DNA of 58,519 bases from Caecitellus pseudoparvulus. Lineage: Eukaryota; Protista; Bigyra: Bicosoecida. The position numbers and the translations under genes were made by a program. This document shows, one piece after another, positions 35,447 to 45,533 of the stretch; positions within the stretch are counted from its first letter, which is position 1; every line of letters starts with the position of its first letter. The stretch is taken from the NCBI GenBank assembly GCA_965644315.1, contig CBFFRQ010000208.1:1-58519 (forward strand), in the 5' to 3' direction. The notes beneath the pieces are model-generated. The model saw only the letters and a list, made by a program, of their open reading frames with translations, was not told where the DNA came from and ran no database searches.

Positions 35447-37540
35447 ATGAAATGCGCAGAGCACGCCATTAACAAGCCCAGCAACACCCACAGGGCCAGC
35501 CAAGACAGCCTCGATTGGATGGACGATCACGTCCGGGGGACATCAGGGAGGCACTGGGCTGCCACGCCCCCTTGTTCAGTTTGTGAGCAGCGTCCTGACA
35601 CTGGCTTATCGCCAGCATATGCAGCCATTGGATCTGCTGTGTTGCAGGTCACCATGGCTGTGGCGTTGGCAGTGTTTGCTCTCCGCAAGCATGCCAAGTC
35701 TGCTGAGAAACTCACCGCCAGCCTGTTCTTGGGCGGACTGCGGATCATGCTGTGGTTCATCAGCATGTCGGCACAGATCGCCATCCTCGCTCCTTCAAGT
35801 CCAGACTCCCTCCAAGCGTCAGCACACTCCCTGCACCAGTGGGCAGGCGCATGTGAGCTGGCCAGGCCGTGGACAGGCCATCCGACCGCAAATCTGAACG
35901 GCACGCTGCATACTCGAGATGCTGGCACGGAATCAGCTGGCGCAGATGGCATGGCTGTTCTATCTAGCATCACTGGATCCAGCAACTTTGCCAGTCTGCC
36001 ATCTGTGGCGAGTGCCGCAGGCGGCGGCGACCCATCCAGTCCAGACAACGCCGGCAACCTGTTCATGGTGGCGCTGGGCGCCTTCCTGCTCGTGGCTTCG
36101 GCACTGAGGCTGGGTCTTACCAAGCCTGCAGTTGGCACAACGAATGGTGTATGGTGCAGTGTGTTGCTGTGGCTCCCAGCAGCTGCGTACCTTCGCCTGC
36201 TGCCAGCTCTGCTGCAGCTGCACGCCGAGTTGGTTGGCTTGCGACTTCAGCACGAAGCACTGGCTGACGCTAATGCGCCAGGTGGTATCATGAAGGCCGC
36301 AGCTCCCTTCATCTTCCCCCTCATACTGCACATTCTGGCAGCCAGTGTGGGTTTCGTCGCCTTTATGGCTTGGCGGCAGTGGCGAGGAGCAAGCACAGCT
36401 GCATTGCGAGGCGCCACCGTGCGTGGCTTCCTGTCTAACGGCTACCGCATCCAGATGACACAACAGCAAGCTCGGAACCTTGTGGCTCATGCAGGCGGTG
36501 ACAAGAGCAGTGTCGTCGCGGAGGTTGCTGTCGCTGAGGCTGAGCAAGCCCAGGCAGCATGCTGGGGCTTCGCTTGGCTGTTGCCCACACACACGTTTCT
36601 CGCGACGCAGACCGCCCTTGTCGCTGTCGTGGCATGCGTCACATGGCCGACCACTGACATCACTCTCCGCCTGTGCATGGTGGGTGGCGTAGTACTGGGT
36701 AGCCTGCTTCTCGTGCGGTGGCGGCGGCCCTGGTGTCTGGAGGAGCTGACATACCTGGACGTCATGGCCCAAGGCGGCATCCTGTTGCAGGTGATCCTGG
36801 TGGGCGTGAACAGCCTCCGCCCACCTGCAGGCGTGCGTGGAGTCACGGATGCTCGTCTGCACCTTTCACAAGGTGTCATCCTGCTGGCCATTCTGCTGCT
36901 GGTGGTGCGAGGGTACAGCTCAGCGGCACGGTCAGTGCTGGCTCGTGTCGGAGCCCGCATCCGGGCCCTGCTGCCTGAGCTGGACAGCGCGGACAGCGCA
37001 GGGGACAGCACCGTGGGGCAGATCGTGGACAGTCGAGTGCCGACGCTCGTGGACATTGTGTCAGCCCTGGCACAGCGACTGGCGAGGGGTTGTCGCATCC
37101 AGCCAGCCGCCCCACGCACCATCACCAGCTTGAGCACTGTGCTATCATTCCCCGGTGACATGGTGCGGCAAGGTGTAGCTGGTAGTTCACGTAGCGATAC
37201 TGATGCCGTGCTACAGGTATTGCGTCCAAGTGGAGCCGCCCTCGTGTCGGTGGCATCCTCTCCCAACGCAGTGCCAACGAGCGGCATCACAACAGACACG
37301 CCAAGGACGCAATCAGGTGCACGCCCAGCCCAGCCAACATCATTGTTGGACTTGCAGAAGTCATCATTGCTGTCCATCACGGAGGCAGGTGCAGGCAGCG
37401 CGGCCAACCTACTACGTGTAGGCAAACTGAAGCCCACCTCTGCACGCAGTGATTTAGCAGCTGGCGCTGAGATACAGGTCGCCTCGCAACCACAAGCGGG
37501 GCAAGCGAATCAGACGCCCGACCTTCCAGCCGGCCGCTAG
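35447..37540 (+). CDS. Multi-pass membrane protein (receptor-like TM bundle); 5' end uncertain
   Basis: 697-aa ORF with a CxxC followed by eight or more hydrophobic segments and GFLSNGYR / RRPW motifs, reminiscent of the TM domains of protist receptor-like proteins. Confidence 0.45.
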   Translation: MKCAEHAINKPSNTHRASQDSLDWMDDHVRGTSGRHWAATPPCSVCEQRPDTGLSPAYAAIGSAVLQVTMAVALAVFALRKHAKSAEKLTASLFLGGLRIMLWFISMSAQIAILAPSSPDSLQASAHSLHQWAGACELARPWTGHPTANLNGTLHTRDAGTESAGADGMAVLSSITGSSNFASLPSVASAAGGGDPSSPDNAGNLFMVALGAFLLVASALRLGLTKPAVGTTNGVWCSVLLWLPAAAYLRLLPALLQLHAELVGLRLQHEALADANAPGGIMKAAAPFIFPLILHILAASVGFVAFMAWRQWRGASTAALRGATVRGFLSNGYRIQMTQQQARNLVAHAGGDKSSVVAEVAVAEAEQAQAACWGFAWLLPTHTFLATQTALVAVVACVTWPTTDITLRLCMVGGVVLGSLLLVRWRRPWCLEELTYLDVMAQGGILLQVILVGVNSLRPPAGVRGVTDARLHLSQGVILLAILLLVVRGYSSAARSVLARVGARIRALLPELDSADSAGDSTVGQIVDSRVPTLVDIVSALAQRLARGCRIQPAAPRTITSLSTVLSFPGDMVRQGVAGSSRSDTDAVLQVLRPSGAALVSVASSPNAVPTSGITTDTPRTQSGARPAQPTSLLDLQKSSLLSITEAGAGSAANLLRVGKLKPTSARSDLAAGAEIQVASQPQAGQANQTPDLPAGR

Positions 37541-38866
37541 AGAGCACCAGGCCAGCTAGCAGCCCTGCCGATTCCTGCAGCGGCGCGCAGCTCCCAAGCT
37601 GGCATTGTAGACCTCAGCCATTCAATGCCCGGTGCACCAGGTACACCTTTGACCCACAATGCTGCCTGTCCGCGTGCAAGCTTTAGCGAAAGGGCAGAGC
37701 TTGGCAGGGGCAGCGGAGAAGTTGAGAACCCACTTCAGCGCACACGCCGTCTGAACATGGGGCACATGGAAGACATTGCAGACATACCGGAGCAGCAGCG
37801 CACCCGGCGAGGCTCCTTGGCGGCGAGGCGGCCCTATGACAGCCGAGGTCGGATTTCTCTCACAAGCTCCACCCGCCGGTGCACCTCCTCCGCTCAACAA
37901 AGGAGCAGCGCCGCCAATCCCCGGCAATCATGAGCCGCCGCCCAGATACTTCGATAAGCAAATAATGGATACATGGAATATAGTTTGAGTCCTCTCCGAC
38001 AAAAGGGTACAGATAGGATCCAGTATACAGGAATACTCTGCAAGTTGCAGACCTGTGTGCTTGATCGTATTTGTACCCTTTTGATTGCTTGCTGCGCTGC
38101 GTGTCTCAACCACATCCACTGTTCAATGGCTTGTTTGTGGAATACACGACACAATCTCATCCGTGAATGTGTCATTGCACACTGGACTTGTGGACTTAAA
38201 GGGTAAAGAAGGGTCCTGGCAAGAGGCGACTTGGTCCTCTTCTCACAATGGCTGCTGCCAAGCGTGGAACCGCCAAGTCTTCACAGATGTGGTCGTGCGT
38301 CACCATCCTAAATGCCACTCCTCCTTGTATGGTGGGAAGGGGCAACGCGCAGGCCGTCCAGGCAGTACCTGCTCCAGCCCAACATGGTGTCTTGCTGAAT
38401 ATGATCAACAAGGGGCAGCTGCAGAGCAGCCAAGCACGCAGGAGCTGTGGTACACAGACTTCCTGCTCACGCCCGCCGAGGCGTCATTCATGGTTGCGGC
38501 GTTCGCTGTAGCCGGTTAGCTAATCGTAGTGCAATTCGCCTCAGTGTAGCTTGTCACTGTACAGCTTGAGCGTCACAAGGGCGCCCCAGTTAGGGTTAGC
38601 TCACTCAATGCATTGCAACTTGCCTCCGCACACTCTTGCACGGTACAGCTTGGGCATCACTCGTGGTGCCTTGCGTACCACAGCACACGAATGCACTGCA
38701 GTAGGCACCACAGCGGCTCCCACTCTCGTGGGTCTGCAGCCATCACGGACATACGTCCGTTGTATGAGCCGCCGCTTGCTAGGGCGCGCCCGCGCCCGCC
38801 CATACATGCTGAACTGTCCCTCCCGCGCCCTCTCGGCTCAGTCGGCTGAGCCAGAGGGGGCCGGGC

Positions 38867-39285
38867 CAAAAAAAAGGGATGGGTGGGTGTTTAGTGTAAA
38901 ACACCACCCCCCGGTAGATACATACGTAATGCGTGGCTAAAGCCACTATATTTAATGGTTCATTTTATAGTAATTTAATAGTCAATAAAATATATATTAT
39001 TTAAGGTATATTTAAAAACAAGAAATAGTAAATTATAGGAAATATAAAAAAGTAATAAGTTAAAACATTATTTCCTATTTCCTTAATTTCTCTTTTTTTT
39101 ATGGATTTTTAAATATTATTATAATTTTCTTAAAATAGACTTTGAGAAAGAAAATATAAGATATAGGAAAAGTCTCTCTTAATCGCATGTGTTATACTTT
39201 TAGTGAATGAGTAAGTAAATATCTCTCTTAATTGCGGTGTGTGTCCCCTTCAAGAACAATTTAAACGCAATATTAAAAAATAAAT
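38867..39285 (+). repeat. Left terminal inverted repeat (419 bp)
   Basis: Base-by-base reverse-complement match to 56146-56564 with no mismatch; begins CAAAAAAAAGGGATGGGTGGG. Confidence 0.98.
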
Positions 39286-39303
39286 TATGAGACTATAATA
39301 ATC

Positions 39304-39546
39304 ATGCAAAAAAAGAACCTATCTAAAAAGTACTTAACCATGGATTTATCTTTATTAGCTTTTGATATTGAAGAGCAAAAGGAGAACATACAAAACCTAA
39401 AGAAAGAACTAAAAGAACTTCAAGCTGAAATGAAAGAAAAATTACAATTGCTAAGTAATAGAATGAAAACAGAAAATAAACAAGAATTAAAAGTAAAAGA
39501 GAAGATTTATAAAATTCAAACAGAGGATACATTAATTGTTGAATAA
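39304..39546 (+). CDS. Viral hypothetical coiled-coil protein (80 aa)
   Basis: ATG preceded by TATAATAATC; K/E-rich heptad pattern. Confidence 0.6.
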   Translation: MQKKNLSKKYLTMDLSLLAFDIEEQKENIQNLKKELKELQAEMKEKLQLLSNRMKTENKQELKVKEKIYKIQTEDTLIVE

Positions 39547-39571
39547 AATTTTTATCTATGTATAATAATAT

Positions 39572-40369
39572 ATGGATAAAGTTATAAACTATTTTAATGA
39601 CTTTTTTTTAGGTAATCCAGCAAATACACAAACATTACAAACATCAACAATTACAAAAAAAGATATTTATCAAGTACCTATACCATGGGACGCTTACCAA
39701 TGTGCTGTAGCGTGCAAATTAGTATATGATAGCCCTTCAACACGTCCATTTATTACAAGTAATTTAGTTTATAATGAAACATTAAGTAATAATAAAATGG
39801 CTGTATTTGTTGATATATCAGAAACACCAAAAGCATTTATTGTATTTAGAGGGACACAAACAGACGTAATTGATTTTATTGATGATTTAAGTATTATTGC
39901 AGGAGGTAGTTTTTCATTAAATTTATTAATTAATACAAAGAGACTAAATAAAATGCTAAATACTTTAAATGAAGTAGGTATTCAAAACATATATTTTACG
40001 GGTCATTCTTTAGGAGGTTTTGAAGCTGTGTATGCTTCAAATGAATATGGTATTCCTGCAATTGTATATAATATTGGTGCATCACCAACACAAGAACTAA
40101 GTAAAAGTATAAGGGAATTTAAAAATAAAGTTTTAGGCATTCGTAATAGCTATAAAGATATTTTTGATAGTAGTATAATTAAATCGTACATTATGGAAGG
40201 TGATTTAATAGCTGAAACAAGTAAAGTTTTAATTCCAAACACAACAGTCTTAAAACCAAAACCAGCACCAAAAAATTTAATAGAAGCCCATTCAATTGAT
40301 TTTATTTTAAAAAGTGTAGCACCAACAAATATTGAATTATATTATAGTAAACCATCAATTGGTTTTTAA
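39572..40369 (+). CDS. Viral class-3 lipase / alpha-beta hydrolase
   Basis: IVFRGT oxyanion motif, YFTGHSLGG nucleophile elbow, GDLI acid and C-terminal AHSI histidine. Confidence 0.9.
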   Translation: MDKVINYFNDFFLGNPANTQTLQTSTITKKDIYQVPIPWDAYQCAVACKLVYDSPSTRPFITSNLVYNETLSNNKMAVFVDISETPKAFIVFRGTQTDVIDFIDDLSIIAGGSFSLNLLINTKRLNKMLNTLNEVGIQNIYFTGHSLGGFEAVYASNEYGIPAIVYNIGASPTQELSKSIREFKNKVLGIRNSYKDIFDSSIIKSYIMEGDLIAETSKVLIPNTTVLKPKPAPKNLIEAHSIDFILKSVAPTNIELYYSKPSIGF

Positions 40370-40400
40370 GAAAGATTTTTTTATGAAAGTAATATATAAT

Positions 40401-40700
40401 ATGAATAAACAATATGATTATGAAGATCCATTTAATGGAAAAGAACCAACAAGAAAAGAGTATGAAGAATATATTGATCATTTAAAAGAAGTAAATCAAA
40501 AGCGTATTGAATTAATTAAAAGTTGTAGTGATTATTATTTGGTACAACACTTAGATTTTTCAGAAGATTACCTATCATATGAAGAATTTATAGAATATGA
40601 AAAAGAAATTGAAAATGAAAAAGACAAGACACAAAAGGAAGCAACAAAAATGAAAATGGATAATGTACATAAGGAACTATTAATGGCTACATCAAATTAA
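40401..40700 (+). CDS. Viral hypothetical acidic protein
   Basis: ORF with ATG preceded by AATATATAAT, as for neighbouring genes. Confidence 0.6.
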   Translation: MNKQYDYEDPFNGKEPTRKEYEEYIDHLKEVNQKRIELIKSCSDYYLVQHLDFSEDYLSYEEFIEYEKEIENEKDKTQKEATKMKMDNVHKELLMATSN

Positions 40701-40798
40701 ATATTTTATAGACTAATTTTATATTCTGTAAAATGATAATTGAGTATTTTTTATTTTTAATTTATGAAAGAGTATTAGAATTTTTGAATTATATAAAA

Positions 40799-41227
40799 AT
40801 GAAATTTTCAGTCTTTCAGTGTTCAGAGTTAAAAAGATTGAAAGAAACTGAAACTAAGACTGAAAATAAGTTTGAAAATGTAAAAGATGATTTTGTTGAT
40901 ATTCAAACTAAGGAAAATGTTCCAGTTATTTCAAATATAGAAACCAAATATTATTATAAACCAAAAAGGGAATTAAAGCAAAGAAAGCAATTATCTGAGA
41001 AGAAAAAACAGCAATTAATAAATGCACGAAAGAAGGCACAAGAAACATATAGAAGGAGAAGAGAACAAAAAGCAAGATTGCAGGAAGAAGAGCGAATAAA
41101 AAAATATGTAAAAATTATTAAACCAGAGATAATAAAGGAGGTTGAACAACCAGTAAAAAATAAGAGTATAAATGATGATTACATAATAGAGGATCTTTTG
41201 AAACAAATGGAGGAAGAAAATTATTGA
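40799..41227 (+). CDS. Viral hypothetical basic/coiled-coil protein
   Basis: KPKR...LSEKKKQQLINARKKAQE basic helix. Start chosen at the ATG preceded by TTATATAAAA (alternative start 40733). Confidence 0.6.
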   Translation: MKFSVFQCSELKRLKETETKTENKFENVKDDFVDIQTKENVPVISNIETKYYYKPKRELKQRKQLSEKKKQQLINARKKAQETYRRRREQKARLQEEERIKKYVKIIKPEIIKEVEQPVKNKSINDDYIIEDLLKQMEEENY

Positions 41228-41261
41228 AAGTATAAATTAATATTTTATTAGTCTATATTAT

Positions 41262-43330
41262 ATGAATCCATTTAATTTGACAGATGAGCAAATTTATAAC
41301 ATGCAGGAAGAGTTGAATGAGGAAAGAAATACACAATTTGTAAATCTAGGCTTATTGAATTATACAACTGATTTATTAGTACCTCAAGAAGCAGAAGAAG
41401 AGGAAGATATAAATTTAGATGAAGCAATTACAAATGCCGATTTAATACTACATAACAAACAGTTCTACAATGAAGGATGGGGTACAACAGATGAATCATT
41501 TGAAGAAGCTTTTTTTAATGAGCAAAAAAAGAAGAAGAAATACAAAATAAATTATTTAGAAGTTTAGGATTAACACCAGAAACTTTAGAGTTAGATGAAG
41601 AACAAAAAGAATTAAAAAATATATTAAATTATATTGATGCTTTTGGAAAACGTCATAACCTTTCACAAGCTGAAGTATTAAATTTAAGATCAAAAGCTAC
41701 TGAATCATTTTTAAAGAACAAATTTAATCCTTCATTCATAGCACAACAACAACCAATAAATCAAATGCAACAAGAAATAAACCAAAAATTCAGTGGTGCT
41801 TCAGACCAGCCACCAGCACAACCACCAACAGAACCACCAGCAGAACCACCAGCAGAACCACAAGCACCAGCACAAGGGGGAGCAGGTGAGAGCAAAGAAG
41901 GAGCGGGAACTGCCCAAATGATAGACACTAGTGGGGGTATTCATACAGTAGATAAACCAACAACAGAAGCACCAGCACCAAGACGACCTGAACCAGTGGC
42001 GGATACAGGGGCGGGGGCAGTAGTTCCAAACCAAGCAGAGCTAAGAGCAAACCGACTTAAATTATTAGAAAGAGTTCAACAAAGAGGAGATGAAGTAAGA
42101 AGAGAAAACAAAGATAAAGAATACCAAGATTTAGCCGATAAGATAGCACGAGAATTTATAGAAGCAATAAAAGGTGTATCTGGTGTTGCAAAAACAAATA
42201 TGATAAATATAATAAACAAATTAGTTGAAAGATCAAGAAATACACTTAATACAACAGGAACAGACAAAGCAATAACAGCCGATGATGTAGATATTATTAC
42301 ACAAAGTAGCACATCAAAATCTGCCGAAGTATTTGAAGGAATATTAGAAGGTATACCAGAATATACAAAACTAAACTTAGAAGATAAAGTAATTGTAATT
42401 TCTAAAATAGATTTTAATAAAATAGAAGAACAAAAACAAAAAGCAAGAGCGGATATTAAGTATGGTACATTACCAGATGCACAAAGAAATGAGGTTTATT
42501 ATTTGTACCTTGGACAATTACTAACTCTTGGGAAAATTTCATTAGATAGTATTTTAAAGCAAACAGAAGAAACTCCAGAGAAACTAGGGCAAAAAATGTA
42601 TACTGCTAGTGTTAATGCTAAGAAAACCCCAAAGTACTTATCAGTTTTGTATGATATATTAAACAGGTACTTAGCTGACAATAAAATAACGACTCCAACA
42701 GGTGGGCATAAGACACAAATGGGTTATTATGGAAAACAAATTTTTGATTTAATTAAAGTTAATGCGGAAAAAGTACCAAGGGATGCAGGCGAGAAGGCGA
42801 ATGCATATGCTAAACGAGTAATTGGAATACTAGCTAACCCCGAAAGCGGAATATATACAACAAGAAGAAGACCAGAACCAGCAGATGCACCAGCCCCAGC
42901 AGACGCACCAACCCCAGCAGATGCAGGAGATGAAGTAAGAGAATTAACAGATGCAGAAGATGGACAACTAAATAGATTAATTGATACATTTGAAGTAAGT
43001 AAAATGGGTGGAGCAAATCCAGATGAATTTATTGGACAGGAAATAGATTTATTATTATCAGGCTCACCAAGTAGAGATATGAAAGCTTTAATAAAATCAA
43101 TGGGCATAACAGAAGATACAATGAAAGACATAATTAAACGTAAGGCATACTTTATTTCACCTGATACAAGAAAGGAATATGATACTGTTTCACAAGAAGC
43201 AAAAGAAGGAAAAATAGATAATATTGTAAAAAGTTATGCTGGTAGAATAGAAGGAGGAGGTGGAGGACAAGCCCAAGGACGCAGAACACAAGCAAGAAAG
43301 GGGCGAATTTTAAAAGGAAGAGGTCAATAA
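41262..43330 (+). CDS. Large viral hypothetical protein (about 689 aa) split by a -1 frameshift at the A7 run 41524-41530
   Basis: The frame of ORF 41765-43330 is open back to 41522 (EEEIQNKLFRSLGL...) and overlaps the end of ORF 41262-41567; one extra A fuses them. Pro/Ala/Glu-rich linkers and a basic C-terminus. Confidence 0.7.
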
Positions 43331-43351
43331 AAAAATCTAAATAAATAGTAT

Positions 43352-44077
43352 ATGACAGAATTTAAAGTTTATACATTTGAAGAAGATGACATAACCAAAG
43401 ATAAAAAATATAAAAGTTTAATTCATCCAATTATAGGAGAACATCCACGAATGATATTAATAGGGCCCAGTCAAGCAGGAAAAACTCAAATGATACATAA
43501 CATATTATGGAATTGGTGTAAAGATTATTACACGAAATCAGAAGATAGCAGAATTATTGTAATCAGTGGAACAGATACAACAATAAGACATATATCAAAA
43601 ATGGCAGACAAACTAAAGCTAGATGAGGAGCAATTATTAATTATGGATTTTTTAGATTTTGAAGAATTAAAGAGTATTTACAAAGGATTAAATCCAAAAG
43701 TTCCACATATTTTTATTTTTGATGATATGGCATATAACCATGAAATGAATACAAATCATAGAACAAATTTTTTATCTGAATTGTTTGCAAGTGGTAGACA
43801 TAAGAACACAGGATGCATAATAGCAACACAAAAGTATCATTTTTTAGGACGTGATGTAAGAATGCTTAATTCAACTTTAGTTTCTATTTATTGGAATTGC
43901 TCAGATGGTGAAATATGGAAAGTATATGATGATAATTTTTCACAATATATAAATACAGATGATTTCAAAGACCTTGTATATGATAATTTGAATGAAAAGT
44001 ATAGTTTTATTTTATTGAACAAGAAAACAGGGAAGATTTATAATAACAAAATGAAAGAAATATATAGTAAGTTTTAA
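43352..44077 (+). CDS. A32-like (FtsK/HerA) genome-packaging ATPase
   Basis: Walker A GPSQAGKT, Walker B FIFDD, and SGRH...IIATQ motif. Confidence 0.95.
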   Translation: MTEFKVYTFEEDDITKDKKYKSLIHPIIGEHPRMILIGPSQAGKTQMIHNILWNWCKDYYTKSEDSRIIVISGTDTTIRHISKMADKLKLDEEQLLIMDFLDFEELKSIYKGLNPKVPHIFIFDDMAYNHEMNTNHRTNFLSELFASGRHKNTGCIIATQKYHFLGRDVRMLNSTLVSIYWNCSDGEIWKVYDDNFSQYINTDDFKDLVYDNLNEKYSFILLNKKTGKIYNNKMKEIYSKF

Positions 44078-44123
44078 TTAATTCTTTTAGTAAAATATTT
44101 TTTCTTTTATAAATATATATATA

Positions 44124-45452
44124 ATGGAAAAGAAAGATGAAATTTATCTATTAGGTGGTGTTTTGGATGGTGTAAGAACGAAAGCAAATAAACTTGTTAA
44201 TTCACGTTCAAGATTACAATATGATTTACAAGGAACACGAAGCGGATTTGGTAATTTAAATACTAATCTAAATGCTACAATTCAAACAGGCTCACATGTT
44301 CCACAAGCTGATACGCTATCATTAGATGGTGAATTTAAAGTTTCTGGAGGTCAAGCAGGTTCAAATGTAAAACTGTGTGGCGATATTTGCTCAGCTATTG
44401 AACAAATAAAAGTTTATGTAGGAGGTGCTTTAGTTGTAAATTTAAGCAAACATGCATATTTAGTAGCTATGATGAATAAAAAATTAAATATGAGTGCAGA
44501 AGAACTAGCAATTCATAACGTTAAGGCTCTTCAAAATGTTGTATTTGATGCAACAGGTGGATCAAGTTATAGTTTTTCAATTCCTATGTCTCTTTTTGGT
44601 TTAGATTTAAAGAAATTAATTCCTGTTGGCAACACTCCTATTAACATACAAATTACTCTTCAAAGTAAATTAGATATGTTATTTGTATCTGGTGGAACAG
44701 CTCCAACAGCACCAATAAAATATGAATTAAATAATGTAAAATTTAGTATGGAAGCATACCAATTAACAAATCTAGGTGCTCAACTGATGTTAAAAAAGGT
44801 TGATCCAACTTCAAATAGTTCAAGTATGAAAGGAATTGTAAATAGATTTTATGGTTATGATTTATCTTATCAAACCCTTCAACAAGCAACCACACATTCA
44901 CACCAATTTAATATTAAAAAGCGTGATATTATCAGCACACTTTTATTACCTGCTTATGTTACCATTCCCGCAGGAAGTTCTGATGCTAATGGATTTAATA
45001 CACTTAATACAGACCCAGTCAACGATTTTTTATGGACTACTAGCACAAATTTTAATTTTGTTTCAAATTATCGTATACAATTTACAGGAGAACCCTATGC
45101 AAATGTAAATGGTGCAAATGGTGAATCTCTATATACTGATCATTTTGAAGGAGTATTAAGAACCGCAAAACCAGAACTACACAGTAAGAGCTATGCTTCT
45201 GAATATTCAGATCAAATGAAAAGAAGTAATAATAAATGTCAAGTCCTTGGCGGTCTGTTCCTAAAAACACCAGAAGACAGCCAACATGCAACAGAAAATG
45301 GTTTTAATAGTTTAGTTGGTTCATCTGCTTTAGTAGTTGATTTTGATACATCTGCTGCACCTGCAAATTATGCAAATAAAAATTTAGTATGCTTAGTAAA
45401 ATTCAAAAGACAATTAGAACTAGCAGGTGGTGTAGCAAAAGTAGTTGAATAA
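44124..45452 (+). CDS. Major capsid protein (double jelly-roll, PLV-type)
   Basis: 442 aa, beta-rich, positioned between the ATPase and the penton. SAIEQIKVYVGGALV, FSIPMS, YELNNVKF and terminal LELAGGVAKV resemble PLV MCP patterns. Confidence 0.8.
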   Translation: MEKKDEIYLLGGVLDGVRTKANKLVNSRSRLQYDLQGTRSGFGNLNTNLNATIQTGSHVPQADTLSLDGEFKVSGGQAGSNVKLCGDICSAIEQIKVYVGGALVVNLSKHAYLVAMMNKKLNMSAEELAIHNVKALQNVVFDATGGSSYSFSIPMSLFGLDLKKLIPVGNTPINIQITLQSKLDMLFVSGGTAPTAPIKYELNNVKFSMEAYQLTNLGAQLMLKKVDPTSNSSSMKGIVNRFYGYDLSYQTLQQATTHSHQFNIKKRDIISTLLLPAYVTIPAGSSDANGFNTLNTDPVNDFLWTTSTNFNFVSNYRIQFTGEPYANVNGANGESLYTDHFEGVLRTAKPELHSKSYASEYSDQMKRSNNKCQVLGGLFLKTPEDSQHATENGFNSLVGSSALVVDFDTSAAPANYANKNLVCLVKFKRQLELAGGVAKVVE

Positions 45453-45464
45453 ATAAATATATAG

Positions 45465-45497
45465 TATTCTTTTATTTTATAAAACAATAAAAGAATA
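45465..45497. terminator. AT-rich hairpin after the MCP stop (putative 3'-end/polyadenylation signal)
   Basis: Perfect 12-bp stem TATTCTTTTATT / AATAAAAGAATA with a 9-nt loop, 12 nt after the stop codon. Confidence 0.6.
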
Positions 45498-45533
45498 ATT
45501 GAATTTTTATTTTCTCAATTAAGAATATATAAA

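Noticed and set aside
1-38500. Numerous overlapping antisense ORFs in host DNA; tRNA/rRNA genes
   Set aside because: Overlapping ORFs are expected from high GC and codon bias; no tRNA or rRNA signature was recognised by eye.
37541-38760. Short ORFs and a locally AT-richer patch (about 37940-38200) left of the element
   Set aside because: No motif or terminal repeats; cannot support a gene or mobile element.
41508-41521. T7 run as the frameshift site
   Set aside because: The -1 frame has TAA and TGA stops at 41516-41521, so the shift must be downstream.
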